Notes: generated from the letters alone by a model not told the origin. Positions 39,645 through 50,158 are shown, numbered from the stretch's first letter. The stretch is 64,000 nucleotides of DNA from an uncultured Gammaproteobacteria bacterium (GCA_964613455.1 CAZTGS010000002.1:14425-78424), one strand, 5' to 3'. Numbers and translations are program-made.

Positions 39645-41756
39645 ATGAAAAGAATTCTTATAAATTCATCTTACGGTGATGAATTACGCGTAGCTCTGGT
39701 TGACGGGGCAAAACTTTATGACTTTGATACAGAATCACCTGACAAGGTTTTATTAAAAGGTAGTATTTTTAAAGCTACTGTTTCTAGAATAGAGTCCAGC
39801 CTTGACGCTGCATTTATTAATTTCGGATCTGAAAGACATGGCTTTTTGCCTTTAAAAGATTTATCTAACGAATTTTATAAAAAAAATTCTGAGGGTAGGA
39901 ATGTTTGTCTTCTTAAAGAAGGACAGGAAATTATTGTTCAGGTAACTAAAGAGGAACGAGGCACTAAGGGAGCTGCCTTAACAACACAAATTGGTTTGGC
40001 AGGTAGATTTATAGTATTAATTCCTAACTCTGCAAGATCAGGCGGTATTTCTAGAAGAATCAGTGGTGAGGAGAGAGATCAAATTAAAGAAGCTTTAGAT
40101 TCAATAAATATTCCAGATAATATGAGTGCAATTGTTAGAACTAATGGGCTTGGTAGATCTTCTGAAGAGTTAGGCTTGGATTTGGCATACCTGTTGGCTC
40201 TATGGGAAGAAATTAGTAAAACAATTCCTGAGGCTCCAAGTCCGGCATTAATTTATCGTGATGACAAATTAATAGTAAGGGTTGTTAAAGATTATTTTAA
40301 AGATGATATTGAAGAAATATTAATTGATGATCAGGCCACTTTTGATGAAGCTAAAGAATTTATTGATGCTGTAATTCCAGATCATGCTGATAAAGTTAAA
40401 TTATATGATGAAGAGATTCCTTTATTTAACAGATACCAAATTGAATCCCAAATTGAATTAGCTTTTCAGAGAGAGATCTCACTAACATCTGGGGGCTCAA
40501 TAGTTATTGATCCTACTGAAGCTATGACTGCTGTTGATGTCAATTCAGCCAGATCAACCAAAGGTAAAGATATCGAAGATACTGCATATAAAACAAACCT
40601 TGAAGCTGCAAGAGAAGTTGCTAGACAATTAAGATTAAGAGATGTTGGTGGGCTAGTTGTAATTGATTTCATCGACATGCTAGATACATCTCATCAAGAA
40701 AAGGTTGAATCTGCTTTTAGAAAAGCTGTTTATTCCGATAGGGCTAGAGTTCAAATTTCTGGTATATCTAAATTTGGATTGCTTGAGGTTTCGAGACAAA
40801 GATTAAGACCTTCACTTAATGAGTCTTATGATATTGAACATGTTCTTGTAAGAGGGCCTAGATCGCTAGGTCAATCAATTTTAAGAATAATTGGAGAAGA
40901 TTCTGCAAAAGATAATACGGGTGAGATTCAGGTATATGTACCTTCTGATGTTGCCAGTTACCTTCTTAATGAAAAAAGACAAGATATTATAAATATAGAA
41001 CGAACTAATAAGATAAGAGTATTGGTAATTGCAGATCCTTACAAAGCAAGACCATACTATAAAGTCGTTAGGGTTAAAGCTTCAGATATTAAAGATATTG
41101 ATTCTTATAAACTTACACCCAATAGTCCAGAACCTGATACTAGCTGGAGAGATGATAAGAACAGATCAAAAGCTATGAAGCCTTTGGTTGATAAAATCAA
41201 GCCACCTAAGATGCCAAAAAAGAAGAAAGAAGGTTTAGTTGGTTGGATTAAAAGTATTGCTGGAATTGATCAAGAAGATAAATCTAAGAAAAAACCAGTT
41301 CGCTCGTCTAACCCTAATAGAAATAGAAAACCTAGACCACAAAATAGGAATAAACCAAATCCTAATAGGAATCCTAATCAGAATAAAGGGAATCAAAAGC
41401 CTAATCCAAATCAGAGCAAAGGTAATCAAAAAGTTAATCCAAATCAAAAACCTAAGCAGGCTCAAGCTGATTTAACAAAAGATCAAAAAAATGATGTTAA
41501 AACTATTGACACTAAAAAGCCTAATGAAAATATCAGAAAACCTTCAGAGCCAAAATCTAAGGATGTTGTAAAGAAAGACTTAACAGTAAAATCAGGGGTA
41601 TCAAAGGAACCAGTTAAGAAAGCTCCTTCAAAGAAGCCGCCAGTTAAGAGAGAGCCAGTAAAGAAAGAACCTGCTATAAAAGAGGTTGTTAAAGAACCAA
41701 AGGTTAAAAAAGAGATTCCTACAAGAGCTGCTAATGATCCGAGATATAAGAGTTAA
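39645..41756 (+). CDS. rne: ribonuclease E (short form with a basic low-complexity C-terminus)
   Basis: 703 aa. MKRILINSSYGDELRVALVDG, an S1 domain, and catalytic-core blocks (IDPTEAMTAVDVNS, GGLVVIDFIDM). AGGGAG RBS. Confidence 0.95.
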   Translation: MKRILINSSYGDELRVALVDGAKLYDFDTESPDKVLLKGSIFKATVSRIESSLDAAFINFGSERHGFLPLKDLSNEFYKKNSEGRNVCLLKEGQEIIVQVTKEERGTKGAALTTQIGLAGRFIVLIPNSARSGGISRRISGEERDQIKEALDSINIPDNMSAIVRTNGLGRSSEELGLDLAYLLALWEEISKTIPEAPSPALIYRDDKLIVRVVKDYFKDDIEEILIDDQATFDEAKEFIDAVIPDHADKVKLYDEEIPLFNRYQIESQIELAFQREISLTSGGSIVIDPTEAMTAVDVNSARSTKGKDIEDTAYKTNLEAAREVARQLRLRDVGGLVVIDFIDMLDTSHQEKVESAFRKAVYSDRARVQISGISKFGLLEVSRQRLRPSLNESYDIEHVLVRGPRSLGQSILRIIGEDSAKDNTGEIQVYVPSDVASYLLNEKRQDIINIERTNKIRVLVIADPYKARPYYKVVRVKASDIKDIDSYKLTPNSPEPDTSWRDDKNRSKAMKPLVDKIKPPKMPKKKKEGLVGWIKSIAGIDQEDKSKKKPVRSSNPNRNRKPRPQNRNKPNPNRNPNQNKGNQKPNPNQSKGNQKVNPNQKPKQAQADLTKDQKNDVKTIDTKKPNENIRKPSEPKSKDVVKKDLTVKSGVSKEPVKKAPSKKPPVKREPVKKEPAIKEVVKEPKVKKEIPTRAANDPRYKS
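41385..41450 (+). repeat. imperfect 33-nt in-frame tandem repeat in rne (KGNQKPNPNQS / KGNQKVNPNQK)
   Basis: Two adjacent 33-nt units, 26 of 33 positions identical by direct comparison, embedded in an N/P/K/Q-rich tract. Confidence 0.85.
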
Positions 41757-42549
41757 TAAGCCTACCTGAAAGCGTTGTTTCTGGTGGAGTGTTTGGCAAT
41801 TGATCTAAGTTGAACCATTGGGCTTCAACAATCTCTTCACCATCAACCTCAATTTCACCTGAGTCATAGTCACAGATATAGGCAAGCATTAGCTGACTTG
41901 GAAAAGGCCAAGATTGGCTACCAAAGTATCTTATATTTTTTACATTAATTTTAACCTCTTCAAGAACCTCCCTCTTAAGAGTTTCTTCAGCTGTTTCAGA
42001 AACCTCAATGAAGCCTGCTAATGCACTAAAAAGACCATTAGGGAAAAGAGCGTTCCTAGCAAGAAGTATTTGGTCACCCTTTGTAACTAAACTTAATATA
42101 CATGGTGATATTGTTGGATAGACCATAATGTTATTACAATCACAAAAAAGAGCTTCTTCTTTGTCGTTATAGTTCTTTACGTTACCGCAATAACCACAAT
42201 GCTTATTACTTTTAATCCAATGAAGTAATTGATTAGCTCTACCTAATAAACTTATGTCATTATTATTGAGAGTGGGAAGCATATGTCTTAAGTCGTATTC
42301 GACTAATGAAGAATATCCCTGGTCTTTAAAATTAAATGTAATGTTGGAAATATCTATGCTATAGATATTCATTCCATCATCTTCAGCTATCCCAACTTTT
42401 TCAAAATCATAATTCTGAAAAGATAAAAATGATGCATTCAACACAAATGTTTTTTGATCTAGGTCAAATAAAACTTTATTATTGTTAAATATAATAAATA
42501 AATTATTATTATTATCGGGTTTAAATTCAAAAAATCTTTTAAAATGCAT
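41731..42549 (-). CDS. nudC: NADH pyrophosphatase NudC
   Basis: 272 aa with a zinc ribbon (CGYCG...CDC) and a Nudix box (GFIEVSETAEETLKREVLEEV). Its 3' end overlaps the rne 3' end by 26 nt. Confidence 0.9.
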   Translation of the reverse strand: MHFKRFFEFKPDNNNNLFIIFNNNKVLFDLDQKTFVLNASFLSFQNYDFEKVGIAEDDGMNIYSIDISNITFNFKDQGYSSLVEYDLRHMLPTLNNNDISLLGRANQLLHWIKSNKHCGYCGNVKNYNDKEEALFCDCNNIMVYPTISPCILSLVTKGDQILLARNALFPNGLFSALAGFIEVSETAEETLKREVLEEVKINVKNIRYFGSQSWPFPSQLMLAYICDYDSGEIEVDGEEIVEAQWFNLDQLPNTPPETTLSGRLINSYISDH

Positions 42550-42576
42550 ATCTTAGTTAAATAAATTTATATAGTA

Positions 42577-44088
42577 ATGATTAGTGCGATACAAAAACTA
42601 TTTTTAGGCAACGCCCCATCTTGGTATAAGAATACTATTGTAGTGTTTCTTGTAATTAATCCAATAGCATTGATGGTATTTAATTCAGCTGGTATGAATG
42701 GCAATTTCATAGTTGGTTGGATGTTCTTATTAGAATTCATATTTACATTAGCATTGGCTTTAAAGTGCTATCCATTGCAACCAGGAGGTTTATTAGCTAT
42801 AGAAGCTGTAATCCTCGGTTTGACTAGTACTGGCGCTATACTTCATGAGATAGAAAATAATCTAGAAGTTATTCTTCTTTTAGTTTTCATGGTTGCTGGT
42901 ATTTTCTTTATGAAAAATTTAATGCTAGCAATATTTACAAAACTATTATTGAAAGTCCAATCTAAAATATATTTGTCACTCTTGTTTTGTTTGTCTGCTG
43001 CAGTTCTATCAGCTTTCTTGGATGCATTAACGGTTACAGCAGTTCTAATTGGAGTAACGATAGGTTTTTATAGAATTTTTCATACTATTGCCTCTGGTAA
43101 AGAATTTGGCGATTCCGGTCATGACTATCAGAACAATGAGCTACTTAGCGAAATTGGCATTGAAGATATAGAAAATTTTAAAGCTTTTTTAAGAGATCTT
43201 GTCATGCACGGTGCTGTTGGAACTGCACTTGGTGGTGTTTGTACAATAGTTGGTGAACCACAAAATTTATTGATAGCGAAGATTGCAGGGTGGGAATTTA
43301 TTGAATTCTTTATGCGAATGGCTCCTATAACTATGCCTGTCTTAGTGGCGGGTTTATTAACTTGTTTCTGTATTGAAAGATTTGCAATTGGTGGCTTTGG
43401 TAATCAGTTACCAGTAAATGTAAGAGCAGTGTTTAACGATTTTGATAAATATGAAAGAGAGAACACAACTATAGAACATAAAGCTGAATTATTGATTGAA
43501 GGTCTTGTAGCGTTATTTTTAGTTATTGCATTGGCATTGCATGTTGCTGCAGTAGGTCTTATTGGTTTAGCTGTAATAATTCTTTTAACAGCGTTTAAAG
43601 GAATAACAGAAGAACATAAATTAGGTGAAGCCTTCCATGAAGCACTTCCTTTCACAGCCTTATTAGCAGTATTTTTTGCAATTGTTAGTGTGATACATGA
43701 TCAGCATCTATTCTCACCAGTTATTAACTATGTATTAGCACAAAGTACTGATGTTCAACCTCCATTATTTTTTGTTGCTAATGGCTTCTTATCAGCAATT
43801 AGTGATAATGTCTTTGTTGCAACTATTTATATAAATGAAGTAAAAGCAGCCTTAGATAATCAACTTATAACTCGTGAACAATTTGATAACTTAGCTGTTG
43901 CTATTAACACAGGTACAAATATACCCAGCATAGCTACACCTAACGGACAGGCTGCTTTCCTATTTTTACTTACCTCATCTTTAGCCCCATTAATTAACTT
44001 GTCATACATGAGAATGGTCTTGATGGCCCTTCCCTATACTATAGTTCTATCTATAGTTGGTTTTGCTTCTATTGTTTATTTTTTATAA
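42577..44088 (+). CDS. nhaB: Na+/H+ antiporter NhaB
   Basis: 503 aa. The N-terminus [21 protein letters not shown] parallels E. coli NhaB. Polytopic. Confidence 0.92.
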   Translation: MISAIQKLFLGNAPSWYKNTIVVFLVINPIALMVFNSAGMNGNFIVGWMFLLEFIFTLALALKCYPLQPGGLLAIEAVILGLTSTGAILHEIENNLEVILLLVFMVAGIFFMKNLMLAIFTKLLLKVQSKIYLSLLFCLSAAVLSAFLDALTVTAVLIGVTIGFYRIFHTIASGKEFGDSGHDYQNNELLSEIGIEDIENFKAFLRDLVMHGAVGTALGGVCTIVGEPQNLLIAKIAGWEFIEFFMRMAPITMPVLVAGLLTCFCIERFAIGGFGNQLPVNVRAVFNDFDKYERENTTIEHKAELLIEGLVALFLVIALALHVAAVGLIGLAVIILLTAFKGITEEHKLGEAFHEALPFTALLAVFFAIVSVIHDQHLFSPVINYVLAQSTDVQPPLFFVANGFLSAISDNVFVATIYINEVKAALDNQLITREQFDNLAVAINTGTNIPSIATPNGQAAFLFLLTSSLAPLINLSYMRMVLMALPYTIVLSIVGFASIVYFL

Positions 44089-44094
44089 ATAGCA

Positions 44095-45063
44095 ATGTCT
44101 AAATTTAGTCATAGAGTCTGTATTGCACCGATGATGCAATATACAGATATGCATGACAGATATCTACTCAGACTAATTTCAAAAAAAGTATTCTTATACA
44201 CAGAAATGGTTGCCACTGGATCAATACTCTATGGTAAATGTTTTCATCAACTTGAGTTTAATAATGAAGAACATCCTGTGGCGGTGCAATTGGGAGGTTC
44301 TGATACAAATCACTTAATAGAATCATCAAAAATATGTGAAGAATACGGATATGATGAAATTAATTTAAATGTTGGATGCCCATCTGATAGAGTTCAGAAA
44401 GGAAGATTTGGAGCCTGTCTTATGCTTGAGCCTAATCATGTTGCTGAATGCTTGGGTGCCATGAAAAATAATGTATCTATTCCTGTTTCTATCAAATGTA
44501 GATTAGGAATTGATCATCATGAAGATTATGAGTTTTTATTTAACTTTGTTGAAATAGTTAAGAATTCTGGAATTACTGATTTTATTATTCATGCTAGAAA
44601 TGGAATATTAAAAGGCTTAAGCCCAAGACAAAATAGGCACGTACCTCCTCTGAAATATGATTATGTGTATAAATTAAAGGAAGATTTCCCAGACTTGAAT
44701 ATTATTATTAACGGTGGAATTAAAACAATAGATGAATGCAAAGATCATCTTAAGAAAGTTGATGGAGTTATGATTGGGCGAGCAGCATATGAAAATCCTT
44801 TTTTAATAAAAGATATAGATTCTGAAATATACGGAATGGATGCAGTTCTAAAATCTAAGAAGCAAATCTTAAACCAATACCTTGATTATGTAGAAGGTAA
44901 GGTTGAAGAAGGATATGAGCTTTCAAGAATGATGAAGCATTTATTCGGCTTATCAAGAGGTGATAAATTTGCTAAAACTTTTAGATTAAAAATACTTGAA
45001 GTTATAAAAAATGAAAGCCTGCAACCGCATAGGAAAGAATTAGAAGATTTGTTATTCTATTAA
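44095..45063 (+). CDS. dusA: tRNA-dihydrouridine(20/20a) synthase DusA
   Basis: 322 aa with VCIAPMMQYTDMHDRY and NLNVGCPSDRVQ. Confidence 0.92.
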   Translation: MSKFSHRVCIAPMMQYTDMHDRYLLRLISKKVFLYTEMVATGSILYGKCFHQLEFNNEEHPVAVQLGGSDTNHLIESSKICEEYGYDEINLNVGCPSDRVQKGRFGACLMLEPNHVAECLGAMKNNVSIPVSIKCRLGIDHHEDYEFLFNFVEIVKNSGITDFIIHARNGILKGLSPRQNRHVPPLKYDYVYKLKEDFPDLNIIINGGIKTIDECKDHLKKVDGVMIGRAAYENPFLIKDIDSEIYGMDAVLKSKKQILNQYLDYVEGKVEEGYELSRMMKHLFGLSRGDKFAKTFRLKILEVIKNESLQPHRKELEDLLFY

Positions 45064-45747
45064 AAAGTCATCCATCTCATCAAGAAAGTTATCTTCTACA
45101 TTTACTCCATCACTAACTTCATATTGAATGTATTGAACATAGGATTCTTTAACAAAATTATACCTATCTCCTGAGATCAAAGATTCAATCTCAAGAAGCC
45201 TTTCTCTTGTTTCAAGGGCATCAACAGCTTTTAAAGTAAGATTAACGTCATCTTCTGTCATATGAAATGTAATAGATAATAATGAAGAAACAGGCCTACT
45301 AAATGTATCTCTTGCACTGGAGGGACCTAGAACTGGAAGCATTATGTATGGTCCAGATGGAACTCCCCACAAGGCCAAAGTTTGTCCAAAGTCTTCTTCA
45401 TGTCTTGGTAGACCAATTTTTGTAGCAACGTCAAAAATACCTGCTAAACCAATAGTAGAATTAATTAAAAAACGCGAAAGATCATTTGCAGCATAAGCAA
45501 ATTTGCCTTGAAGAATTTGATTCACTGTTGTATCTATTTCTTCTAGATTATCAAAAAAGTTGGATACAGTAGTTTTAATAGGTTTAGGAAACGATGAATA
45601 AATTTCAGCAATAGGTTTGGCAAGACGATTATCAAGAGATTCATTAAATGCGAAAGTGATCCTGTTAAAGTCTTCTAGAGGATCATTAATATCTTCTGCA
45701 TGAAGATAGCTAAATAGAAAAAATAAGAGAAAAAGATGCTTGTTCAT
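45052..45747 (-). CDS. mlaA: MlaA/VacJ family outer-membrane lipid-asymmetry protein
   Basis: It has a signal peptide and the DPLEDFNR, G.FDVA and WGVPSGPYIMLP blocks. The start was chosen at the ATG at 45747; the ORF-track start at 45762 is TTG. Confidence 0.85.
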   Translation of the reverse strand: MNKHLFLLFFLFSYLHAEDINDPLEDFNRITFAFNESLDNRLAKPIAEIYSSFPKPIKTTVSNFFDNLEEIDTTVNQILQGKFAYAANDLSRFLINSTIGLAGIFDVATKIGLPRHEEDFGQTLALWGVPSGPYIMLPVLGPSSARDTFSRPVSSLLSITFHMTEDDVNLTLKAVDALETRERLLEIESLISGDRYNFVKESYVQYIQYEVSDGVNVEDNFLDEMDDFLIE

Positions 45748-45754
45748 AGGGAGA

Positions 45755-46447
45755 TTATACAAGCGAAACTATTCGGCTTGATAAATTTACAAATAAATTA
45801 TTTATTTTACTTTTATCAAATGAATAAATATTTTCGTTAAATGGAATAGAGCCAATATGTTCAATATTTAAACTTATTAGTGATGAAAAATCTTTTTCAA
45901 ACTCATGATTGGAAATATTATTATCTATAAAACCCATAATCTTAATATTTAACTTATTAAACGTTGTGATAGATTTATGAACATCATGTATAGATAACTT
46001 ATTTGCAGTAGTTACTAGGAGACAATAATCAGGCTTTATTTCTGAAGCTACAGTTAAATATGCATCGCCTGTTCCAGGAGGCATATCTATAAATAAGTAA
46101 TCTAGATCTCCCCAAATAGTAGAATCCATAAGCTGTCTAATTGCTCCGCTTAGCATTGGACCTCTCCATACCGCTGCCTTGTCATCATTTAGTACAAATC
46201 CCATAGAATTTAAAGCAACATTATTGGAAATAATAGGTTCAAGAAACTTCTTTTCATTTTTTTCTATTAAGTTTGGTTTACTATTTTCTACGTCAAACAA
46301 AATATGTTGATTGGGACCATAAATGTCAGCATCTAAGATGCCTACTTTAAACGATTGGGACATGCTCATAGCCAAACCAGCTGTTATCGAGCTCTTGCCG
46401 ACACCACCCTTAGCAGAAGCAACAGCGATTATTTTTTTTATAGCCAT
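45755..46447 (-). CDS. Mrp/ApbC-family P-loop ATPase lacking the CxxC motif
   Basis: Blocks AVASAKGGVGKSS, DADIYGPN, WRGPM and DMPPGTGD are present, and the gene is divergent from metG as E. coli mrp is. The start was chosen at the ATG at 46447; the ORF-track start at 46465 is GTG. The ENMSxxxCxxCG region reads IDNNISNHEFEKD. Confidence 0.8.
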   Translation of the reverse strand: MAIKKIIAVASAKGGVGKSSITAGLAMSMSQSFKVGILDADIYGPNQHILFDVENSKPNLIEKNEKKFLEPIISNNVALNSMGFVLNDDKAAVWRGPMLSGAIRQLMDSTIWGDLDYLFIDMPPGTGDAYLTVASEIKPDYCLLVTTANKLSIHDVHKSITTFNKLNIKIMGFIDNNISNHEFEKDFSSLISLNIEHIGSIPFNENIYSFDKSKINNLFVNLSSRIVSLV

Positions 46448-46483
46448 ATTAAATCTATTTTTCACCTATAATACAGTTAATAT

Positions 46484-48442
46484 ATGGACTCAACTACTAA
46501 AAAAACTAGAAAAATAATTGTAACGCATGCATTGCCCTACGCTAATGCTTCATTACATCTGGGTCATATTTTGGAAGCAGTTCAGACTGATATATGGGTA
46601 AGATTTCAAAATTCCAATGGAAATGAATGTCTGTTCTTCTGTGCTGATGATACTCATGGAACACCTGTAATGCTTAAAGCCAAGGAGCTGGGGTTAACCC
46701 CCGAAGAATTAATAAAAAAAATTCAGATAGATCATGAGGAAACTTATAAACTTTATGATATTAATTTTACAAACTTTCATTCAACTCACTCAGTTGAGAA
46801 TAAGAATTTTTCAGAATTAATATATGAAAAGTGTAAAGAAAATAACTTGATTACTAGAAATACAATTGATCAACTTTATGATGAAAAAGAATCAATGTTT
46901 TTATCAGATAGGTTTGTTAAAGGATCCTGCCCTAAGTGTGATGAGGAAGACCAATACGGAGATGGCTGCAGTAAGTGTGGGGCAACATACGATGTATCGG
47001 AAATTAAGAATCCATTATCTGCAATATCAGGCACAAAACCTATTTACAAAAAAAGTGAACATATATTTTTTGATTTACCTAAAAAATTAGAAGTATTGAA
47101 AGACTTCTTAAATAGTGCAGATCTTCAGCAACCAATAGTCAACAAGCTTAGTGAATGGCTAAATGAAGATCTTCAACAGTGGGATATATCAAGAGATGCT
47201 CCTTATTTTGGTTTTGAGATTCCTGATGAGGAAAATAAATATTTTTATGTATGGCTAGATGCTCCAATAGGCTATATGGCTTCAATGGATAGTTGGGCTT
47301 CACAGAATAATGTTGCAATGAGTGATCTGTGGTCTGATAAGTCGGAATATGAGATATATCATTTTATTGGTAAAGATATAGCTTATTTTCATGGCTTATT
47401 TTGGCCTGCTGTTTTAAGTGCCTCTAACTTTAGGTTACCTGATGGCGTATTTGTGCATGGTTTTTTAACAATCAATGGCGAAAAAATGTCTAAGTCTAAA
47501 GGGACTGGTATTATGGCAAGAGAATTTGCTAGCAACTGTGACCCTGAAACGTTACGTTATTATTTTGCTGCTAAATTGAATGACAAGGTTGAAGATATAG
47601 ATCTTAATTTTGAAGATTATGTTCAAAGGATTAATTCTGACCTTGTGGGTAAGTATTTAAATATAGCCAGTAGATGCTCATCTTTTATCAAAAAAAATAA
47701 CAATAAGTTATCCGAGACATTTGATGAAGAATTGATACTTCAGGTTCACTCAAAAAAAGATGCCATTATTCAGAATTATGAATCAAGAAATTACTCAAAA
47801 GCCATAAGACAAATTATGGAAGTTGCTGACATTGTTAATAAATATATTAATGATCAAACTCCTTGGAAAAAAGAACAAGATGAGGCTGTCTTTATAGCCA
47901 CAACTGGTATTAATGCCTTTAATATACTATCGATATACCTTAGTCCTATTATCCCAAATCTAACAAAGAAAGCATTTGCTTTTTTAAATAATAATGAAAC
48001 GTCATTGAATGACGCACATAAAAAAATTACAGGAAGCATAAATGAATATGATCCTTTACTTAATAGACTGGAACCAATAATAATCCCAGAGGAAGAAGAA
48101 ATGAATGAAGAAAATAATTATATAAACATTGATCAATTTGCAGATATTGATCTTAGAGTCGCTAAGGTAATAGAGGCATCTCATGTTGAAGGAGCTGACA
48201 AGCTAATACAACTAAAATTAGATGTGGGCGATCTTGGAGAAAGACAAGTTTTTGCTGGTATAAAAAAAGCGTATGATCCAGAACATCTTAATAACAAATT
48301 GGTGATATTAGTTAGTAATTTAGAACCGAGACAAATGAAATTTGGCTTATCAGAGGGAATGGTCCTAGCGTCAAGTGATGATGAGGGAATATACTTGATA
48401 TCACCAGATTCTGGAGCCAAGCCAGGATTAAGAGTTAAGTAA
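46484..48442 (+). CDS. metG: methionyl-tRNA synthetase with a C-terminal tRNA-binding domain
   Basis: 652 aa with the HIGH motif (LHLGH), a zinc knuckle (CPKCDEEDQYGDGCSKCG), KMSKS, and an EMAP-like C-terminus. Confidence 0.97.
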   Translation: MDSTTKKTRKIIVTHALPYANASLHLGHILEAVQTDIWVRFQNSNGNECLFFCADDTHGTPVMLKAKELGLTPEELIKKIQIDHEETYKLYDINFTNFHSTHSVENKNFSELIYEKCKENNLITRNTIDQLYDEKESMFLSDRFVKGSCPKCDEEDQYGDGCSKCGATYDVSEIKNPLSAISGTKPIYKKSEHIFFDLPKKLEVLKDFLNSADLQQPIVNKLSEWLNEDLQQWDISRDAPYFGFEIPDEENKYFYVWLDAPIGYMASMDSWASQNNVAMSDLWSDKSEYEIYHFIGKDIAYFHGLFWPAVLSASNFRLPDGVFVHGFLTINGEKMSKSKGTGIMAREFASNCDPETLRYYFAAKLNDKVEDIDLNFEDYVQRINSDLVGKYLNIASRCSSFIKKNNNKLSETFDEELILQVHSKKDAIIQNYESRNYSKAIRQIMEVADIVNKYINDQTPWKKEQDEAVFIATTGINAFNILSIYLSPIIPNLTKKAFAFLNNNETSLNDAHKKITGSINEYDPLLNRLEPIIIPEEEEMNEENNYINIDQFADIDLRVAKVIEASHVEGADKLIQLKLDVGDLGERQVFAGIKKAYDPEHLNNKLVILVSNLEPRQMKFGLSEGMVLASSDDEGIYLISPDSGAKPGLRVK

Positions 48443-49485
48443 TGAGTAAAGAAGTAGATATAGTTGTTATTGGAGCCGGTCCAGTCGGCTTGTTTACTGT
48501 CTTTGAAGCAGGCTTGCTTGGTCTTAATTGTGTATTAATAGATAATTTGGATAAGCCAGGAGGTCAATGTGCAGAACTTTACCCAGAAAAGCCTATATAT
48601 GATATTCCTGGAGTGCCTCTTCAGACTGGCCAAGAGCATGTAGATGCCTTGCTAGAACAAATAAAGCCCTTTGATTACAAACTATTACTTAATGAGAGGG
48701 TTGATTCAATAAAAGAAATTGGTAACGACGGTAATAATTTTTGGAACATCAAAACGAATCAAAGTAATGAATTCAATACTAAAAATATTTTCATAGCAGC
48801 TGGTGCTGGTTCATTTGAACCTAGAAGACCTCCTAATATAGAAGATCCAGATAAATTTTTAAATTGTGGCGTTAATTATTCTGTAAAATCAAAGGAGCAA
48901 TATAAAGACAAGGATATTTTTATCTTCGGTGGTGGCGATTCAGCCTTAGACTGGACAATAGAATTAGCAGAGCAAGCTAAAAGCTTATCAATTGTTCATC
49001 GAAGAGATGCTTTTAGAGGAGCCCTTCACTCAGAAGAAAAAATGAGAGAGCTTGTTAAATTAAAGAAAGTGAATCTGTTAACACCTTATTTAATTGCTGA
49101 CATAAGTGGATCAGAGAAAGTTGAAGAAGTGTCGCTTAAAAACTTTGAAACCAATGAAATTGAAAAATATAAGGCTGACGAACTTATTTTTCTATTTGGT
49201 TTAAATAAGAAATTAGGGCCAATATTAGATTGGGAATTAGAGTTAAATGATAAAAAAATCAAGGTAAATACTAAAGATTTCCAAACGTCTAGAGATGGAA
49301 TTTTTGCAGTTGGAGATATAAATGATTATCCTGGAAAGCTTGATCTTATTCTATCCGGTTTTCATGAAACCACTCTTGCAGTGCAAGAAGCCTATAAAAG
49401 AATTAATCCAGGTGAAAGAGTGCCATTTGGATACACAACATCGAATGCTAATCTTCATAAAAAGTTAGGCATTGAAGATAAGTAA
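48442..49485 (+). CDS. thioredoxin-reductase-like ferredoxin-NADP+ reductase
   Basis: 347 aa with VVIGAGPVGLF, GGQC.ELYPEKPIYD, GGGDSALDW and GDIN, the YumC/TrxR-type FNR pattern without a CxxC redox pair. Confidence 0.8.
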   Translation: MSKEVDIVVIGAGPVGLFTVFEAGLLGLNCVLIDNLDKPGGQCAELYPEKPIYDIPGVPLQTGQEHVDALLEQIKPFDYKLLLNERVDSIKEIGNDGNNFWNIKTNQSNEFNTKNIFIAAGAGSFEPRRPPNIEDPDKFLNCGVNYSVKSKEQYKDKDIFIFGGGDSALDWTIELAEQAKSLSIVHRRDAFRGALHSEEKMRELVKLKKVNLLTPYLIADISGSEKVEEVSLKNFETNEIEKYKADELIFLFGLNKKLGPILDWELELNDKKIKVNTKDFQTSRDGIFAVGDINDYPGKLDLILSGFHETTLAVQEAYKRINPGERVPFGYTTSNANLHKKLGIEDK

Positions 49486-50158
49486 AGTGGAGCTTATTAA
49501 TTTAATACATATAGAATTACCTCAAATCCAATGTGGGCGATGTAATACGCCTGGTTGTCATCAGTATGCAGAAGCAATAGCATCTGGTGAACCTCATGAC
49601 AGATGTGTACCTGGTGGAGAAGAAACTCTTCAAAAACTTAATAAACTTATAGGTAAATCTTATAAAAAAGTTGATATGGCTTATGGTCCAACTATAGATT
49701 ATCAGAAGGTTTCGATTATAGAAGAGGAATGCATAGGTTGTAAAAAATGTATTGATGCTTGTCCTGTAGATGCGATTATTGGTGGAACTAATATGATGCA
49801 TTCAATAATTGAGGATATTTGCACAGGGTGTGAGTTATGTATCGAGCCCTGCCCAGTTGACTGTATTGAAATAGTTGAATCTTCTCAAAAAGAATTAACT
49901 AAACCTCGTGAGTTATCTCAATCTTTTTTTAATTTAAAAGAAACTCTTGCCTCAGGCAATAAGAGAGTAAAGATTAAAAATTTATCAGATCAAAATATAA
50001 GTATTAGTAAGACTATAAATATTCAACTTAAAAATAGAGATTTTGATAAATTAAATAATCTCAAAAGAATGCAAATAAATATTGCTAAGTCTGATCTTGA
50101 AAAACTGCATAAGCTCCAAGAAGATAAAATAGATGACTTTATAGATAAAGATTCTTAA
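49472..50158 (+). CDS. RnfB/RsxB-like polyferredoxin without a membrane anchor
   Basis: LPQIQCGRCNTPGCHQYAEAI...RCVPGG plus two 4Fe-4S motifs (CIGCKKCIDACP, CTGCELCIEPCP). It lacks the N-terminal TM helix of RnfB and has a K/D-rich tail of about 90 aa. The start is TTG at 49472 or GTG at 49487. Confidence 0.75.
   Translation: MKISKVELINLIHIELPQIQCGRCNTPGCHQYAEAIASGEPHDRCVPGGEETLQKLNKLIGKSYKKVDMAYGPTIDYQKVSIIEEECIGCKKCIDACPVDAIIGGTNMMHSIIEDICTGCELCIEPCPVDCIEIVESSQKELTKPRELSQSFFNLKETLASGNKRVKIKNLSDQNISISKTINIQLKNRDFDKLNNLKRMQINIAKSDLEKLHKLQEDKIDDFIDKDS

Noticed and set aside
41235-41475. ORFs of 76 aa (minus strand) and 78 aa (plus strand, alternative frame) inside rne.
   Set aside because: They are by-products of the low-complexity repeat tract in the RNase E tail. 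The rne frame is continuous and homologous upstream.
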